Source: Octopus sinensis (Eukaryota). Taken from it: a DNA stretch of 64,000 nt. This document shows, piece after piece, positions 15,010 through 31,648 of this stretch; position 1 is the stretch's first letter, and each line of letters opens with the position of its first letter. Under the pieces are notes generated by a model, which saw only the letters and a list, made by a program, of their open reading frames with translations, searched no databases and had not been told where the DNA came from. Location: NCBI RefSeq assembly GCF_006345805.1, contig NC_043009.1, positions 4,588,001-4,652,000 of the forward strand, given 5' to 3'. Position numbers and translations under genes: made by a program.

Positions 15010-15720
15010 TCACGCCTGCTTGACCACTACCTTATCTTTGGCGTGACAATCCTCCCTTACTCACGCGGTCCTTATTTTCTTTCTTTTCCCTTCTACGCCA
15101 CTTCCAATAAAAAAAAGTCCACGCTCCATTTTTTTTTTTCTATTGACCTGTTTACAACATCTGGCTGTTCATCCTCTTTATCTCAGTTGCTTCAACTTTT
15201 CCATGGATTATACCTGTTCATGGGACACTTCTTTGAAATCTGGTAAATTCACTGGACTTTTGTTTACTATTGTTGCGCATTTTCACTGAATTCTTTTATT
15301 TTCCTTCACTCTACAGAACTTATGCATTTCTCACTCATTTTCAAATTTTATGGCAACCTTCCCTCTGCTAAACATATTTTCCCACCCTTACGTACTTTAG
15401 TCATACACATGCACACACAACGGTGACAACCGCAACCTTGCTCTGGCCTTACCATGTAGTTCATCAATGCGTTTATTCCTTCGCTCGTCACTTATACACG
15501 TACAATCCACTCCACATTATGCCCGCTTCAAAACAATTACAATGATACTTGCATTCACTCATTCCTTCTTCGGTTTCTAACTCGCACGAATAGAACAGAA
15601 ACTTCACCTGGTTTCTACCTGCCACTCACTTTTCTTCTCTATCTTTGATCATTTGTGTCTTTTCTTACGATGCAAGTCTAACATCCGAAACGCTAACACT
15701 CTGCATTAAACCGTCCAATT
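15010..15720 (+). mobile_element. Possible highly decayed CR1/L2-like LINE 3' region
   Basis: C/T-skewed, complex non-microsatellite tract; only faint motif resemblance. Confidence 0.25.
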
Positions 15721-16263
15721 TACATAATATTTGACCAACTTTATTCTTCCTGTACTGTCCTGTGCATATGTATTTAGAAATAACACACATTGTGATGGAT
15801 CCTGTTGATTTTGTTTTTATGAAGAGTTACATTTTTGTGTTATTTGGTCAAGAGGTTAGTAAACAACTTTTTTAATGCTAGAATATCATTATTTCAACTT
15901 GTAAGCAGTGAATAACTGAGATTGGAACTTCACGCTTCATTAATCCAATTAGAAAGAACAGCTTTCATTCAGCCCGATTTCTTATTGACAAGGTATACGT
16001 TGCCATTAATTTAAGGTGCACATATAAACATTCATTATATATCGCTAATATACAACGTAAGACAGATGGCGTTTGATCTATGTACCTAAAATCAAAATGA
16101 CAAACGAAATATGCCTAAAAAAATATACGCAAATCAACGTGCTTATGCACACAAGCATACATACATGTGTGCACAACGAGAGGATGTGTGTCTAAGATTA
16201 CACACACTCAAACACACGGGGACACACACACACATATACATGTAGGAGCACAGATCCAGCTAG

Positions 16264-16300
<37 letters not shown>

Positions 16301-16394
16301 TTCATGTGAGAGAGAGAGATTCTAGGTCATATATACAAATAGATATAAATAATAATATAAATATATTTTAATGTATACATATACATATATATAT

Positions 16395-16500
<106 letters not shown>

Positions 16501-17337
16501 CATACGTACACACACATTGGCATGTATATTTGTCTATACGAAATAATCTAAATATATTTATTATCATATAAACATACATACACATTCGCAAATACTCTCG
16601 TGTGCTGGCTGAGATACCTAATTATGTATACATACGTGTGTTGCTCTGAAATGTTCGCAATCACGTGATTATTCTTGAGAGCGGGAGGAATAAGGAAAAG
16701 AGAGGGTGAGAGAGAGAGAGAGAGAGAGAGATGGGTGTTGAGAACATGCGTGCGTAAGCCTTTATCTGTATATATTTGTGTATGTGAGTATAATACATTA
16801 AAAACTGAAGAGAAGGAAATACACCGTTACAGCAGGTGCATAAACAATAATACATCTTAATGAATACAAAATAAACTTGAAAACGTCCCTGCAGATATAA
16901 TGGAAAATTTGGGTGAAGCAAGACAAACAGAACTGTCAGACGTCCATGGAAGTTTTCTTTAAGGAACATCCTGTCATTACAACCAATTCACTGAGTGATA
17001 TCTCCCGAAAAATCACCTGCAACCCCAGCACACTGTATATCTCATGTCTTTCAATATGAATCCTTCTTTCTTTCTGGTCTGCCTTCGAATTTTACTATCT
17101 TCTCTTGTTGATTATCACATTCTCCCGCCTTTTCCTCTCTGTTCTTTAACTAAGTACACATGCGAGAACAAAACTAGGAATCAACGATATGATATATACA
17201 CATATGTTTATATGTGTGTACATACGAATGAGTAAGTGTAAGTACATATGTGTGTGTATGTACACGTGTGTTTGTGCGTATGTACATATGTGTGTGTGTA
17301 ACATGTATATATTTACGCACATAAACACACATATACA

Positions 17338-17400
17338 GATAGATAGATATATAGATAGATAAATACATAGATAAACAGAGATATAGATATAGATAGATAG

Positions 17401-17483
<83 letters not shown>

Positions 17484-17510
17484 GGGAAGATAGATAGATA
17501 GATAGACAGA
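17338..17510. repeat. (TAGA)n microsatellite
   Basis: Read directly. Confidence 0.95.
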
Positions 17511-17823
17511 CGAATGGATTCGTGCTTGCATTTGCACACGGTTAATTCCATGTTCATGTCGCACGCTATTAACAAACCCATATAAATGCATGTATTTTAT
17601 TTTTCTTTGAAAGCTACTCTCTCTATTCACACCCGTATATTCACCAACACAAATGCAAAACACACTTAGGTATCCTAACCACATACACACTCAAGTGCGA
17701 GCATCCATGTCTGTCTTGATTTAGAGAGCTTATTGTTAAAGCGTTAAGCAAGACAGAGATTGCTGTACACACACAGATATATACATATCAGTGTTAAAAT
17801 GTTTCTTAACTTATCTTCTTCTT

Positions 17824-17913
<90 letters not shown>

Positions 17914-18016
17914 TCTACTGTTGTAGTGACTTATCTCAGCTTAGATCTGACTCGTTCAGGAATGTAAACTTTTCTCTGACTAAAGCTTATTAATGTTCTC
18001 TTTTCTTTTCATAACT

Positions 18017-18052
<36 letters not shown>

Positions 18053-18059
18053 AATAATG

Positions 18060-18270
18060 TTTTCAAATTTTGCCGCAAAGACAACAATTTTGAGAGAGGG
18101 GATAAGTCGATTACATAGACCCGAGTGTTCAACTGGTACTTATTTTAGCGACCCCGAAAGGATGAAAGGCAAAGTCGACCCAGGCGGAATTTGAATTCAG
18201 AACATGCAGACGGACGAAATGCCGCTAAGTATTTCGCCCGGCGTGCTAACAGTTCTGCTAGCTCACCGCC
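18060..18270 (-). mobile_element. SINE family A
   Basis: Near full-length match to the in-window family consensus. Confidence 0.85.
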
Positions 18271-19454
18271 TTATAATAATAATAATTTCAAATTCTAAGG
18301 CCAACACATTTGGGATGGGTGCCTTGACTAGTCGATTAAAATGACCTCAGAGCTCAATTAGTACTTATTTTATCGACCCCGAAAGGGTGAATGGCGAAGT
18401 TTAAGATGGATAACTACCTTTTCGGCTAAGCTTACTTCGCATAGGAAAGACTTGTTATTCCCCTGGTTAAACATATTTTGTGAGATGTAATACCCCTGTA
18501 CTTAGCGACATGTCTTCCAGCTTTGCACTCTTGGTTCAAATTCAGCTGAGGTCAACTGTATCTTTCATCGTTTTGGGCTCCATAAAATACGTACCACTGG
18601 ATATGATGTAATCGACTGGTTCTTCTCCAAATTTCAGGACTTGTGCCTATATAAGAATGTTATTTCTAGCAAAAACACGAGTAGTAATGTCATGAATATT
18701 TTGTTATTGCAAAAGTTATATAGTCTGTATACTCGTTACTTCTTAATATTTGATTTTCTTTTCCTTTGTTTGTTATTTTTTTCATTGTTTTTGTTTCTCT
18801 ACAGTCGCCGATTTCATTTTCCTTTTCTAATTAATTATGTATTTTGTTTAGAGAAACATAATACCCACGAGGAATGTTCGCCATCAAAACCTTTATATAA
18901 CACAAAAAGCTAAACCTACGTAGTACACTCAGAAATCCATTATTTACATAGTCTAAAACATATATACATACACATATACATACATATATCTATCAACATT
19001 TCTTTACCTTTTGTTTCGGCCGTTTGTGTGTGTCTGTGTGTTGCGTGTACACTCATTATTCTTGTGCGTATATCTAAACAAAATCCAACATAGGTTCCCT
19101 ATTCATATAATTGATTTAAAATTCGTTTATCCCTCTATTCTTCCCCTTGTATCCTTTAATTTCTTTTTATAACTAGCTCATGGTATTTGTACGCTTTGTA
19201 TTATCACGTTGCCATTTTATATAAACTAAACAGTGAATCCAGTTTTCAGAACATTCTTTTTACGTGAATGAAACTTAATATACCTTGTTACTTGCTTGTT
19301 TTACGCTTATTTTATATAGGGGAGCAATACTCTACGTACATACCTTTAATAAGGATTTTACTAAAAGGGTCCGTTACAAGATATAACAGTGCGTTATGTA
19401 ATTGAACTTTTAACTAATACGATTATAGACCCAATATTAATTTCAAATTTTGTC

Positions 19455-19870
19455 ACGAGGCCAGCAATGTCAGAGTAGGTGGGTGTTAGTCGATTACGTC
19501 GCCCCCAGCGTTAAACGGGAACTTATCTCATCAATCCCGAATGTATCAAACACAAAGTCGCGCTCGACGGAATTTGAACTCAGAACGCAAACACGGACGA
19601 AATGCCGTAAATCATTTCGCCCGGTGTGCTAATGATTCTTATTTCTTTATTGCCCACAAGGGGCTAAACATAGAGGAGACAAACGAGGACAGACATAGGT
19701 ATTAAGTCGATTACATCGACCCCAGTGCGTACCTGGTACTTAATTTGTCGACCCCGAAAGGATGAAAGGCAAAGTGGACCTCGGCAGAATTTCAACTCAG
19801 AATGTAGCGGCAGACGAAATGCCGCTAAGCATTTCAGCCGGTGTGCTAACGATTCTGTCTGCTCACCGCC
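19455..19870 (-). mobile_element. SINE family A, full copy (19638-19870) plus adjacent partial copy
   Basis: cttatttctttattgcccacaaggggctaaac...gctcaccgcc. Confidence 0.85.
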
Positions 19871-20350
19871 TACTTGTATTTCAATATTAGAACCATAATT
19901 ACGTCCTGAGTTCAAATTCTGCCGAGGTCGACTTTCATCCTTTCGGGGTCCATAAATTAAGAGCAATTACGTACTTGAGTAGAGAAGAATATTAGAACCA
20001 TAACTCAAGGGGCTTACAGAAGGATCTTAAAATATTACGCACAGATGTGTCGCTCCTATAAACGAATACTTATTTTTAACATACAAGTAATTACGAGTTT
20101 AATACAGAAAACTTATATATTGTAGTCTGAGAATTATTACATTCATAATCTGAGTTAATATTAGTTTGTCAACGTATTCTTCAGCATTTGTATAAAAATT
20201 CTATGCATCTTGAACACGGGTTTTGTTATGGGGCCAAGTTTTACTTTCTGTAACTTGTCTCCATTTCATAAGCTGAAGTCTGTATTGTGATGTATTTTGA
20301 TTTGTGTCTTGAGAGAATACTGAATTTCTGACACACACACACTTACACAC

Positions 20351-20410
<60 letters not shown>

Positions 20411-21273
20411 GCTCTCTCTCTCACATTCGTGAATACACGCTTATACACACACACATACACACATATATATGTGCACATGCTTATATATACATTTAATTAT
20501 ATAATGATATATATGTACATATACAAAATATGTATATGTATTCATAAAAATATATATATATATATATATGTATGTATGCATGTATATATTTTTATAAATA
20601 TATGTGTGTGTATATGTATATATATATATTATATATATATATATATATGTATGTATGCATGTATATATTTTTATAAATATATGTGTGTGTATATGTATAT
20701 ATATATATACATATATATGTGTGTTTATATATATATCTGTACACAAACACACACATATATATGATCAGAACAATGAAATGTACGAAACTAAAAAAACAAA
20801 CAAATCATTTAATCAAAATCAAAATAATAAACAAAATATCAATGTCAGTAGAAAAATTAGAATAAACAGACGAGATAGAGAGATAGATAGAGAGAAAGAG
20901 GAGAGGTAAGTGGGAGGAGTGAGTTGAAAGAGAGTAGAATAATGAAGGCAACCTTCCAGAGATTCTTTGAAAAAACTCAAGGATGAAAAAATATCAAAAA
21001 ATTTTTTCATGACCTTCTATGATTATAAGTAAAATTCTTCTAGGGTTTGGCATATTTTTCAAGAACGAATAATGAAAAGAAGAGAAAAAAGAAACTGCTT
21101 AAACTAGAGAGCTGTTATGTGTGTTTGCATATGTATACATACGTAGGTATGAGTATATACGTACATAATGTACACACATATGAGTATGAATATATATATG
21201 TATATATATATATATATGAACACACACACACACACATATATATGGTGTGTATATGTATATATATAATAGTATT

Positions 21274-21330
<57 letters not shown>

Positions 21331-21519
21331 TTGTATTTATGTCTGTATATGAAGAGAAAGAGAGGCAGATTTAGACGTATGCATGTGTATGAATATATGG
21401 ATATCTATAATTTGTCAGCGTGCATCCGCACTCACACACACATTCAATGTGTGTTTTATATGCTTATTAATAATATACAAGATTTATATAATGATGGTGC
21501 AAAAAATAAGTAGAGAAAG

Positions 21520-21569
<50 letters not shown>

Positions 21570-22184
21570 CCTATGAATGTGTATGTATATCTATATATGA
21601 GAGAGCGAGGTGGGGTGAGAAAAGAAAGAGAGATATCATATATATGTACATAGAGAGATGAGAAATGAGAACTTGCTATGACCTTTATCGAATGCCTGTG
21701 GTTTTGGTGGGATACTTCGACATAAGATAAACGTATCTTGGCATCTTTAAAATTTTCCTTCCAATAGTTGACAGATCAAAAGAAACGTTTCACATCTGAT
21801 GTGAATGATATTTCCATACGTTCATATTTTCAGATTCATCCAGAAAGATATTCTGAACTATTGAGTTGCATACGCTTTATGACAAAAGGTTTATTACGTA
21901 TGCTTTATTCTTGTTTTACGTACTCTTACACATTCTGTGTATATTTTTTTCACACGTTTTCATATAGCACACGTTATTTATTACTCTCGTAAGCCTGAAC
22001 GTTGTAAACAACATTATTCCAGCGTATGGTTACATGTTGTGTATATGGATATGTTGACGTTGCCGCTCACAATATCCGATATTATCTACGTAAGTATTAT
22101 GTGATACGTATTATTTCAACGCGCGTACTCGAACCTTTCATCGATTCCATATTTCGTCTCACAGTACATATTAGTTTCAAATTT

Positions 22185-22520
22185 TGGTACAAGGCCAGCA
22201 AAGTCGACCTCGGCGGTATTTTGGTACAAGGTCGGCAAAGTCGGCCTCGGCGAAATTTGAACTCAGAACGTAGCGGCAGACGAAATACCTATTTCTTTAC
22301 TACCCACAAGGGGCTAAACACTGAGGGGACAAACAAGGACAGACAAACAGATTAAGTCGATTACATCGACCCCAGTGCGTAACTGGTACTTAATTTATCG
22401 ACCCCGAAAGGATGAAAGGCAAAGTCGACATCGGCGGAATTTGAACTCAGAACGCAGCGGCAGACGAAATACCGCTTACCATTTCGGCCGGCGTACCAAT
22501 GTTTCTGCCAGCTCGCCGCC
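22185..22520 (-). mobile_element. SINE family A dimer (full plus 5'-truncated unit)
   Basis: Full unit 22288-22520 joined via gaaataggtatttcgtc to a truncated unit. Confidence 0.85.
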
Positions 22521-23242
22521 TTTTCCATGAAATATATTGGCATATGAATAAGCATAGACAGATAAATCAAATATTACTAACACCAAATTAGTAATTCATA
22601 TATTTGTTTTGACTGCAACTAGTAACATCGAATTCTCGCTCACATATGAATATATAGAAATGGTAATTTTTTATTTTAGTGTCTATAAAAACATATTGAA
22701 GAATGAAAAACACTTGGAAGATAAATTTTAAATGAAATGTCTATAAGTAAAGGAAATTCGTCATTTTACTTGATACAAACCCAATATATATATATATCGA
22801 TATTAATACCCTAAAACCATTAATGTGCCAATAGAAACAACAGAAGACTTCTCCGTGTAGTGTTGTAAACTATTATTAAGGCAGAGCCCGTCCTTCTGCA
22901 AGCTTCGCAACAGAGGAGTGAATTCAGTTATTGCAAAATGAGGATACACGCACATCTTATGGCAGAACTAGTTCCAGCTACATCCTATCTCTTTCTACGT
23001 ACATGGAATGAGTTAATGGAGAACTTTTTGGTCATAAACGCTTGAATGCAGTGGAGGTGATAAGACAAGTTATTCCTTTATTGCAGTTTATTCTAAGTTA
23101 TCCTACGTTCTGCATTATCTTACGTAGCCTCGAGCTTATTGTTAAGTGGATAATAACGTAAGTTAAATTACTTCCACCATGAGATTATGTACAGAAACAG
23201 AGTATATGTGATATCAGAGAAGATCTCCCTCCCAGCCACTCT

Positions 23243-23285
<43 letters not shown>

Positions 23286-24074
23286 TTCCACACTTATCTC
23301 GGCAAATAATAGGCATATACACACGAACGTAGCTATAATGCACATATATACATAAGGGCGTACACACCTACATACATATATACATATATATACACATAAT
23401 CCTTGGACTTCCTTACAGTTTCTGAGCTCTAAATTCTACAAGAGAAGGCAGTTTTTAAAGTGGAATTTTTTGATGGAAAATGCCAATCCAATGTGCCAAA
23501 CAGTTAAATAAAACCCAAGAGAATGTGACAGCGAAGCAAACTTGTTAACCATGCAGGCATTCCATTTCTCTGCTAATTAAAAATCAAAACAAACAAAACC
23601 CTAATCAAATTAAAGCTGGCTTCCTGTACAGAAAATAATCTACATTTACATTACTGTCAAACAATGGAAGGTTAATGTTTTATCAATATACATATACACA
23701 CACAACACACACACACACTAAGTAGACAAGATGAGAGTCAGTGTGTGGAACAACGCAATAACAAGTACACGATATTTTAAAAAAATAATAATAAAAAAGG
23801 TAAATATATTTACCTTATAACATCCCTACTCATCTGTGTTACAGGTTTTACGATTCAAATACATGCTAATGCTAAAACAAGCTTAATCCACTTACATTGC
23901 AACGAAGCAAATAATGCAAGTCCAAGATGCGCATCAAAATTAATTTCTTCAGCAAAGAATGTTTTTTGTCCTTTTTTCTTTTTTATTTCTTTCCTCTGTT
24001 CCGGTTCGTTTCTTAATCTTTTGTTTCGTTTATTAGAGCGAAAGAAAAAAAAAAGAAGGTCGGAAACGTAACAT

Positions 24075-24078
24075 AATG

Positions 24079-24120
<42 letters not shown>

Positions 24121-24360
24121 TAATAATAATAAAAATAATAATAAAAATAATAATAAAAATAATAATAACAATAATAATAATAATAATAAGAGCTACAACG
24201 ACAACTACAACAACAACAACAATAATAATAATAAAAATAGCCACAACGACAACAACAAAAACAACAACAATAACAATGATGATGATGATGATGATAATAA
24301 TAATAGTAATAGGAACAACAACAACAGCAACAACGAGAAAATAACAAAAGCAGAACTAAC
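24075..24360. repeat. Compound trinucleotide tract AAT/AAC/GAT
   Basis: Read directly. Confidence 0.95.
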
Positions 24361-24559
24361 AAGCCATTTATTCGTCTGTTTTAGGATCTGACGGACCCTG
24401 CTTCCTTTCCAAGTTGCAAACTATAATCCAGTTTAGTCATAACAGACAAACAGATAATATAGACGCCATGTTTTTATACATGTACCAACAAGATAGGTTG
24501 TTGATTCCACATACGCTACACACGCATACTCAAAGGATAGTACATAAATACATACACCC

Positions 24560-24595
24560 ATACATACAAATAGATAGATAGATACATAGATAGAG

Positions 24596-24666
<71 letters not shown>

Positions 24667-24672
24667 GGATAA

Positions 24673-24733
<61 letters not shown>

Positions 24734-24792
24734 TAATGGATAGATAAATTGATAGATAGACAGATAGCTAGATAGATGCATGGATGGATGGA
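24560..24792. repeat. (TAGA)n/(GACA)n microsatellite
   Basis: Read directly. Confidence 0.95.
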
Positions 24793-25884
24793 TATTTAAA
24801 CTTTGATTTTGGAGTTAGAAAGTCTTAGTTCAATTTAGTGCTGTTTAAACACCGAATAGAAATATGGATTAAGTTAAATCCTTCGGAGCATTTAGCTGGT
24901 CATTCTCATCTTTTGAACATGTCGTCTCCTTATCCCAAACATAATTTATTCATTATTGCTATAAGATATACAAGATATAGTAAACTTTGGCTGATATATT
25001 CTGACTCATACAGACTGAGTTCTTGTCATCTAAATAACAACGTAACGTTGACCGCCCACAGAAAAGCATGTAAAATTATAAAATTAATAATAATACGAAC
25101 AATATTGGGCTATCGGTCATGACCGAAAAACTTACTCATCGTATAATAATATGTCACAGGAAAAACCCTTAATTAGAGTTATGTCTTGACGAAGACTTAG
25201 TCATCGAATACTGTGCCAAGACTAATTCCTTCTCAAACCTACTGATTATGGTCAGGAAACACGATTAGATAGTAGTGCTCTCATACGTATTAACATGAGT
25301 TAAGAAAAATGTCTTGAAACAGTCTAAATTATGAAAGATACTAGTAGTAACAAACTAACGTCTGAGGAAGGACGCTTAAATCTTTTAACTAAATCAAAAT
25401 CAGGTAAGATAACTTAAATAAGATCAGTCGATTGAAACAGACGTGGACTAAACGAAATGAACTTGTACGACTACTCGTCTTGCTAAATAATTATCACTCT
25501 ACTACGGTTGCTATACACATATGCAAGAGCATTTTCCCTGATTGTTAACAGCATCAGTATATAATCACAATATAATCTTCATATTTTTGCAGATGGAATA
25601 GCAGGCGGCTAATAAGACTATATATTTCAATCACGTGTGCGGTATCTTACTTAGAATTTCAAAAGCAGACAAAAATAATATATAAAAGCAAAACAAAAAC
25701 CAAATAAAAAAGCAATAGTATCGCGTTTGCTGAAAACTGTCTTTAAATTTATTTGCGTCACGTTTTCATTTAATAACATAATATGGCGAATTTAACTTCA
25801 TGTTAGGTTTTATGTATTTCCGGCAACCTTCTAGTATAATAACTACTGCAAGTCACTCGCTAATAGTTTCTCGTTTTAGTGGAA

Positions 25885-26045
<161 letters not shown>

Positions 26046-26066
26046 TATATATTTATATTTATGTAA

Positions 26067-26120
<54 letters not shown>

Positions 26121-26794
26121 TGTATGTATGTATATATATTATACTATATTCACTCAGCAATTATTTGAAGATAAATAAATTGAAAATATGTAATGGAAAT
26201 CTCATTATCAGAGTGGGCTTGCTGAGCGTTAGGTTCAACACCAACGCCATCATTACCAGTAGCAAAAATTATCAACATATTTGAGACAAAAGATATGGTC
26301 GACTATAAGTCGTTCGACCTTCTAGAAATAACAGCCAAATCTCACTCATATAACACCTTATCTTTTTAAGAAAATTCGATACAGGATGCAGATTACCTTA
26401 AATTAAACAACTGGCCGATCATGGATGGAACATTGATTATCAAAGTTCAGCTCAATAATCAATTTTTATACTTGTTCCTTATGTTTTGTCACTATTTTTA
26501 CAATCATCATCATTGTCATCGTGTCCAATGTCGTCATCACTTCGATCGTTAACACCTAACTCCTCTTTACCACCATCGCCATTGCCATCTTTGTCTTGTC
26601 TTGAGTTTAAAATGTGGTGATGGTTGAAGTGGGGTTAGTGGTAGTGTTGTATGATGATGACGATGGCCAAATTGAAGTTACTAACTGAGAAATAAAATAC
26701 AAATAAATACTATAATACTGCATGGTTTGTGTGTATATGTGTATATATGCGTGTAAATGCGCGTATATGTATGTGCGCACCCGCGTGTGAGAGA

Positions 26795-26836
<42 letters not shown>

Positions 26837-27017
26837 AGAGAGTGATAGAGAGAGAATTAAATGCTGGAACCTTCTGATTAACATTTCCTCATATTATGTC
26901 AAAACGACGAAGCTGTCTATCAGAAGGGTTGCTATACCGCCAATTAGTGGTGAATGCGTTAACAATATTTATAAGATCCGATATATATATGCATTGCATA
27001 TTTTATTCAATATGTAA

Positions 27018-27054
<37 letters not shown>

Positions 27055-27084
27055 GCACCAACTGCATATCTATTAAATTTATAT

Positions 27085-27116
<32 letters not shown>

Positions 27117-27678
27117 AATATATAAATGTATATATGTGTTTGTGTTGCAGTTTTTTTTTTTCGAAGTGTTAAAGTACATTACCCTCCAAGGATCATCCAA
27201 TTAGTACTATTGTCATTGGTTGTTGAAATCTATGAACGATTTAAATTCTTGAGATTTCATCCTAAACATTCTCTAGTTAAAAGTATTATGAAGTTTGTTT
27301 TTTTTTTACCTCCTCAACGTCATGTTTGAGACGTGGAAGATTTTTTTTAAGGGTAATCCGTTTGAAAGAATAAGGAATCAATAGGAAGAGTCGTATATAA
27401 TACGGATTGTAAGGAATGCGTTGGTGTATATATATGTGTGTACATACAGGCAATCTGTGTATTTTTTTGTGCGTGTATGCGTACATATGCGTCTATGTAT
27501 TGATTTGCGCGTGCGTATTTATTACACTACTTAATATATGTATTTTCATTCAATAGTATTTGTGGGAAATGACACATATTTTGAAGTGGTTTTGAGAAAA
27601 TATTATTAAATTTTTCAAGAGAATACTACGTACATTAACACAAAGTTATGCTTCTATTACTGTAATAGTCGTGGTTGG

Positions 27679-27804
<126 letters not shown>

Positions 27805-28189
27805 CCTTTCTGTTGTGGGCTTCAAAGCCTGAAATTTAATGGGAGAAGACCAGCCGTTTCACTGGTACTTAATTTATCGACCCCCGAAAGATGACAGGAT
27901 AAAAAATCAACCTCTGCAGAATTTTTACCTCAGAACGTAAAGTCGGACGATGTGTTTCTAAGTATTTTGGTCGGCGTGCTGATGATTCTAAGTCCTAATT
28001 CTAGAATATCAGAACTTTAGCATAAACTTGACCACAATATCTGCAACGGCCAAAAAGATTTTGCAGTTTCGAGTATATTTTACCTGTTCATGTTCTTTCC
28101 TTTTTAATTCTCCTTGTAATCTTTTAAGTCACCAAAATGCAATGCTCTCCTTTTATTTATCTAAATTCATTATATTTCTTTCGTTGCAG

Positions 28190-28298
28190 ATACATGATTT
28201 CTACGCCAGCGAAGGCTTATTAGCAATGTCAATCGATGCCAGTTGTCAAGGCCCGCAGTCGCCTCAAGTTGGACCATTTACTATGGAGTTACAGCGAA
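28190..28298 (+). CDS. Exon C: IHDFYASEGLLAMSIDASCQGPQSPQVGPFTMELQR
   Basis: Acceptor atttctttcgttgcAG (28188-28189); donor GTaagt at 28299; phase 0 to phase 1, compatible with exons B and D. Confidence 0.88.
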
Positions 28299-29489
28299 GT
28301 AAGTGATGTCGGGTTATATCCATTTTATTACTGGCTTCAAAAACTTCAGGCTACATGCATACATGTGTATATATATTCATATACACGGATGTATGTAGAT
28401 TTGTGAATATTAAGTCTTCTGCTGTTAATCTTGTAGCCAGAATACCCAGTTTCATGTTCGGCTACCCTCCAATAAACGGAAAATTATAGTCTAGAGTTTA
28501 GCTCCTCTTTAAACCATTCTTTGGCTATTATCTACAATACACCGAACGTCTGTTCACTGATGTCTACATCACAATGTCACGTGTACCGGTAAAAATTTTC
28601 ATCAAAATATGTCACATAGCGTAGCTATGAACATCTAAGAGATAAACAGGGGTGTTGAAAGGTGCAAGTAATTATCAGATTTCAAGGCATGAAACACCTT
28701 GTTATTTTTTTTCCAGAAAAATTTCTAACCTCTTGCTTTCGTACATATACTTAGCATCAGACGTTACATTTCCTGATAGAATATGATATAGACTTTAACT
28801 AATGAAATCATATATATAAACACATATACACAGGTATGTATATATATATATGCACATACGTATATTGCTTATATTTTGAGGTACGTGTGAGTGTGGTGTG
28901 TAATTAAATCCGTCGGAGAAAAAAAGGTTAACGCGAAAGGGAAATTAATATTAACACGGTAAAATTCAATCTAGGATGAAAAAAAAAATTATATTTTCTT
29001 ATTTGGTTCTTATAGTTATCAAAAACTAACAATATGATTTGATAAAATAATTTATAAAATAAAGTGAACGTATTATGAAAGAAAAAAAAATGATGTGATT
29101 AGCTATATATAAGAATTTTAATTTCCTTTGTATTTAATGAGGTTGAAAAAAAGCTTAGGAAATACAGATGCACATAGGGTATTGAAAAGTATACTGAATA
29201 TGATAGGGAGATATAAGAGAGACAGTGGCGAGAGAAGGAAGAAAGAGAGAGAGAGACGATAAGAAAGTGAGTGATAAAGAGAATCTGAGGATAGTATGGG
29301 GGTGAATTAATTAAAAATGGTAAAACACGTATATAGTAAGGTTTAGGAGTATATATTATATATAAATGTATAAGTATACGTAAATAATATACTTATCTTT
29401 CGCTTGTTATTTTCATAACAATTGTGTCTCTTTCTTAAAGTCATTTTCTTTCCTGCGCTCTCTCTCTCTATCTCTGTATCTCCTTCACT

Positions 29490-29568
<79 letters not shown>

Positions 29569-30053
29569 ATGTATATATATATATTCATATATATATAAAC
29601 GCACTCACATGTACTCATACAACTACAAACACACATTTATATGACACACAGGGAAACTAATACATCCACAGGTGAGTGTGTGTGTGTGTATATATACATA
29701 TATATATATAAATGAGAAAGAGACAGAGTCAGAGATGCAGAGAGACATAGATAGAGACGGATAGACAAATGACTTATGCGCAAAGTGCCAGCTACATTTA
29801 ATGGACAGGTTGACCAAAATGATCAAATAATGCAACAAATGCATAGTATATAGACGCTAGTCTCCTGGAATCTGATCAATATTTAATTAGGTCTTGCATA
29901 TTTCTGAGGTCAATCAAGGTCCTTGGCATATGTGGTCGGACTTGCTCTGTTACTTGCTAATATTCTCTGTTTTACGCACACTCACACACAAGCATTATTA
30001 CATTCATTTTTATATCTCCGACTCACTCCACTCTCTCGACATCTATTGCCCCT

Positions 30054-30094
<41 letters not shown>

Positions 30095-30160
30095 CGTTCA
30101 TACTATCTCGCTTTCATCTTCAGCTTTTAATAATACTGCATATAGTTTTTCTCTGTAACA

Positions 30161-30192
<32 letters not shown>

Positions 30193-30344
30193 GCTCTCTC
30201 TTCTCTCTTATCAATAATTCTCCTTACTCCTTGATCACGTAGAACAAGTTTATTGCAGTTGCCAAAATCATTCTACAAACGCCATCAATAACATATATCA
30301 ATTTCTTCTTGCAACTCATCAGAAATGCATTTCCATCGTCTAGC

Positions 30345-30388
<44 letters not shown>

Positions 30389-30556
30389 TAATAACAATAA
30401 TAATAATAATTGCGAACGGCGGGAAAGTTGATAGGAAATGTTAATCTCTATGTTTGCCAGGGCTGGTGAATTTTAAGACTATGACCCCTCTTAGCAGGTT
30501 CTGTTGGCGCTGGTTCATGACTTTCGTTTAAGAAGTGTATATGCGTGCGTATATAC

Positions 30557-30591
<35 letters not shown>

Positions 30592-31648
30592 CATACTTTC
30601 TATATGCGACTCAATATATATATACACTCATGCACACATATACTAAGTCGCATATAGAAGGTGAGGTGTCTATATGTGTATGAGTGTGTGTGTATGTATG
30701 TATGTATGTGTGTGTGTGTGTGTGTGTAACATATATGCCTGCATGTGTTTATTCACACGCAGGCTTATATTTATTATACATGCATATGAAAACGATGAAA
30801 ATGTGTGTATCATTTTAGCTGGTTATGGTATGGTGAACCGGCTACAAAGATCAATGTGATGTGTGAATATGTGTATGTCTGCGCGCGCAGACACACACAC
30901 ACACACACATATGTATGTATGTATGTATGTATGACTGATAATCATTGATCAGTAATGTCGACGTTGTTGATGGAATGGTATCGTGGCGGGAAAACGTTGT
31001 GTGGTACGTGGATGACTAAGATATCTGGTGGGTGTTGAAGAAAGAAATGCTGAATGGTGATGGTAGATGATTGGGGTGAGAGAAGCATGGCTTCGATAAT
31101 TTGATGCAATTTGAATTGAAAATTATGTTTACGCTTTCCATGGCGATGCCCCAACGAATGTATATGAATACATACATGCGTGTGAGTGTGCGTTTAAACT
31201 TTTGAAGACATATAAGCCAATAGATTAACTTATAACCAGAAAGTACGAAATATTAAAATCGTATACATCTACATAACATGCAAGCACACATTTATCCATT
31301 CATACATGCATACCTGTCTACCTGTCTAATTATATGACAGGCTCTCGTGTATTTGAGAAGCTTTGATAAACTGAAATTTTTCAATCAATCAGTAAACGAT
31401 ATTTAACGTTGTTTAAGAAAATCATGTAGGGGAGATAATTCAACTAAGATCCGCTGACGGAAACTTTTGTACAACAAAGTCAAACCATATTATTGTGGAC
31501 GTGATCTATAAAACCAACTTTTGAAAACAACTGACCTATTTTGGTACTACTAAACACATGTATATGATTACAGGTATTTTCTCCAGATGCTTACACTCTG
31601 AGCTCAACTCTCGCTGAGTCAAATTCGCTTTTTGCGTCCCACCAGTAT

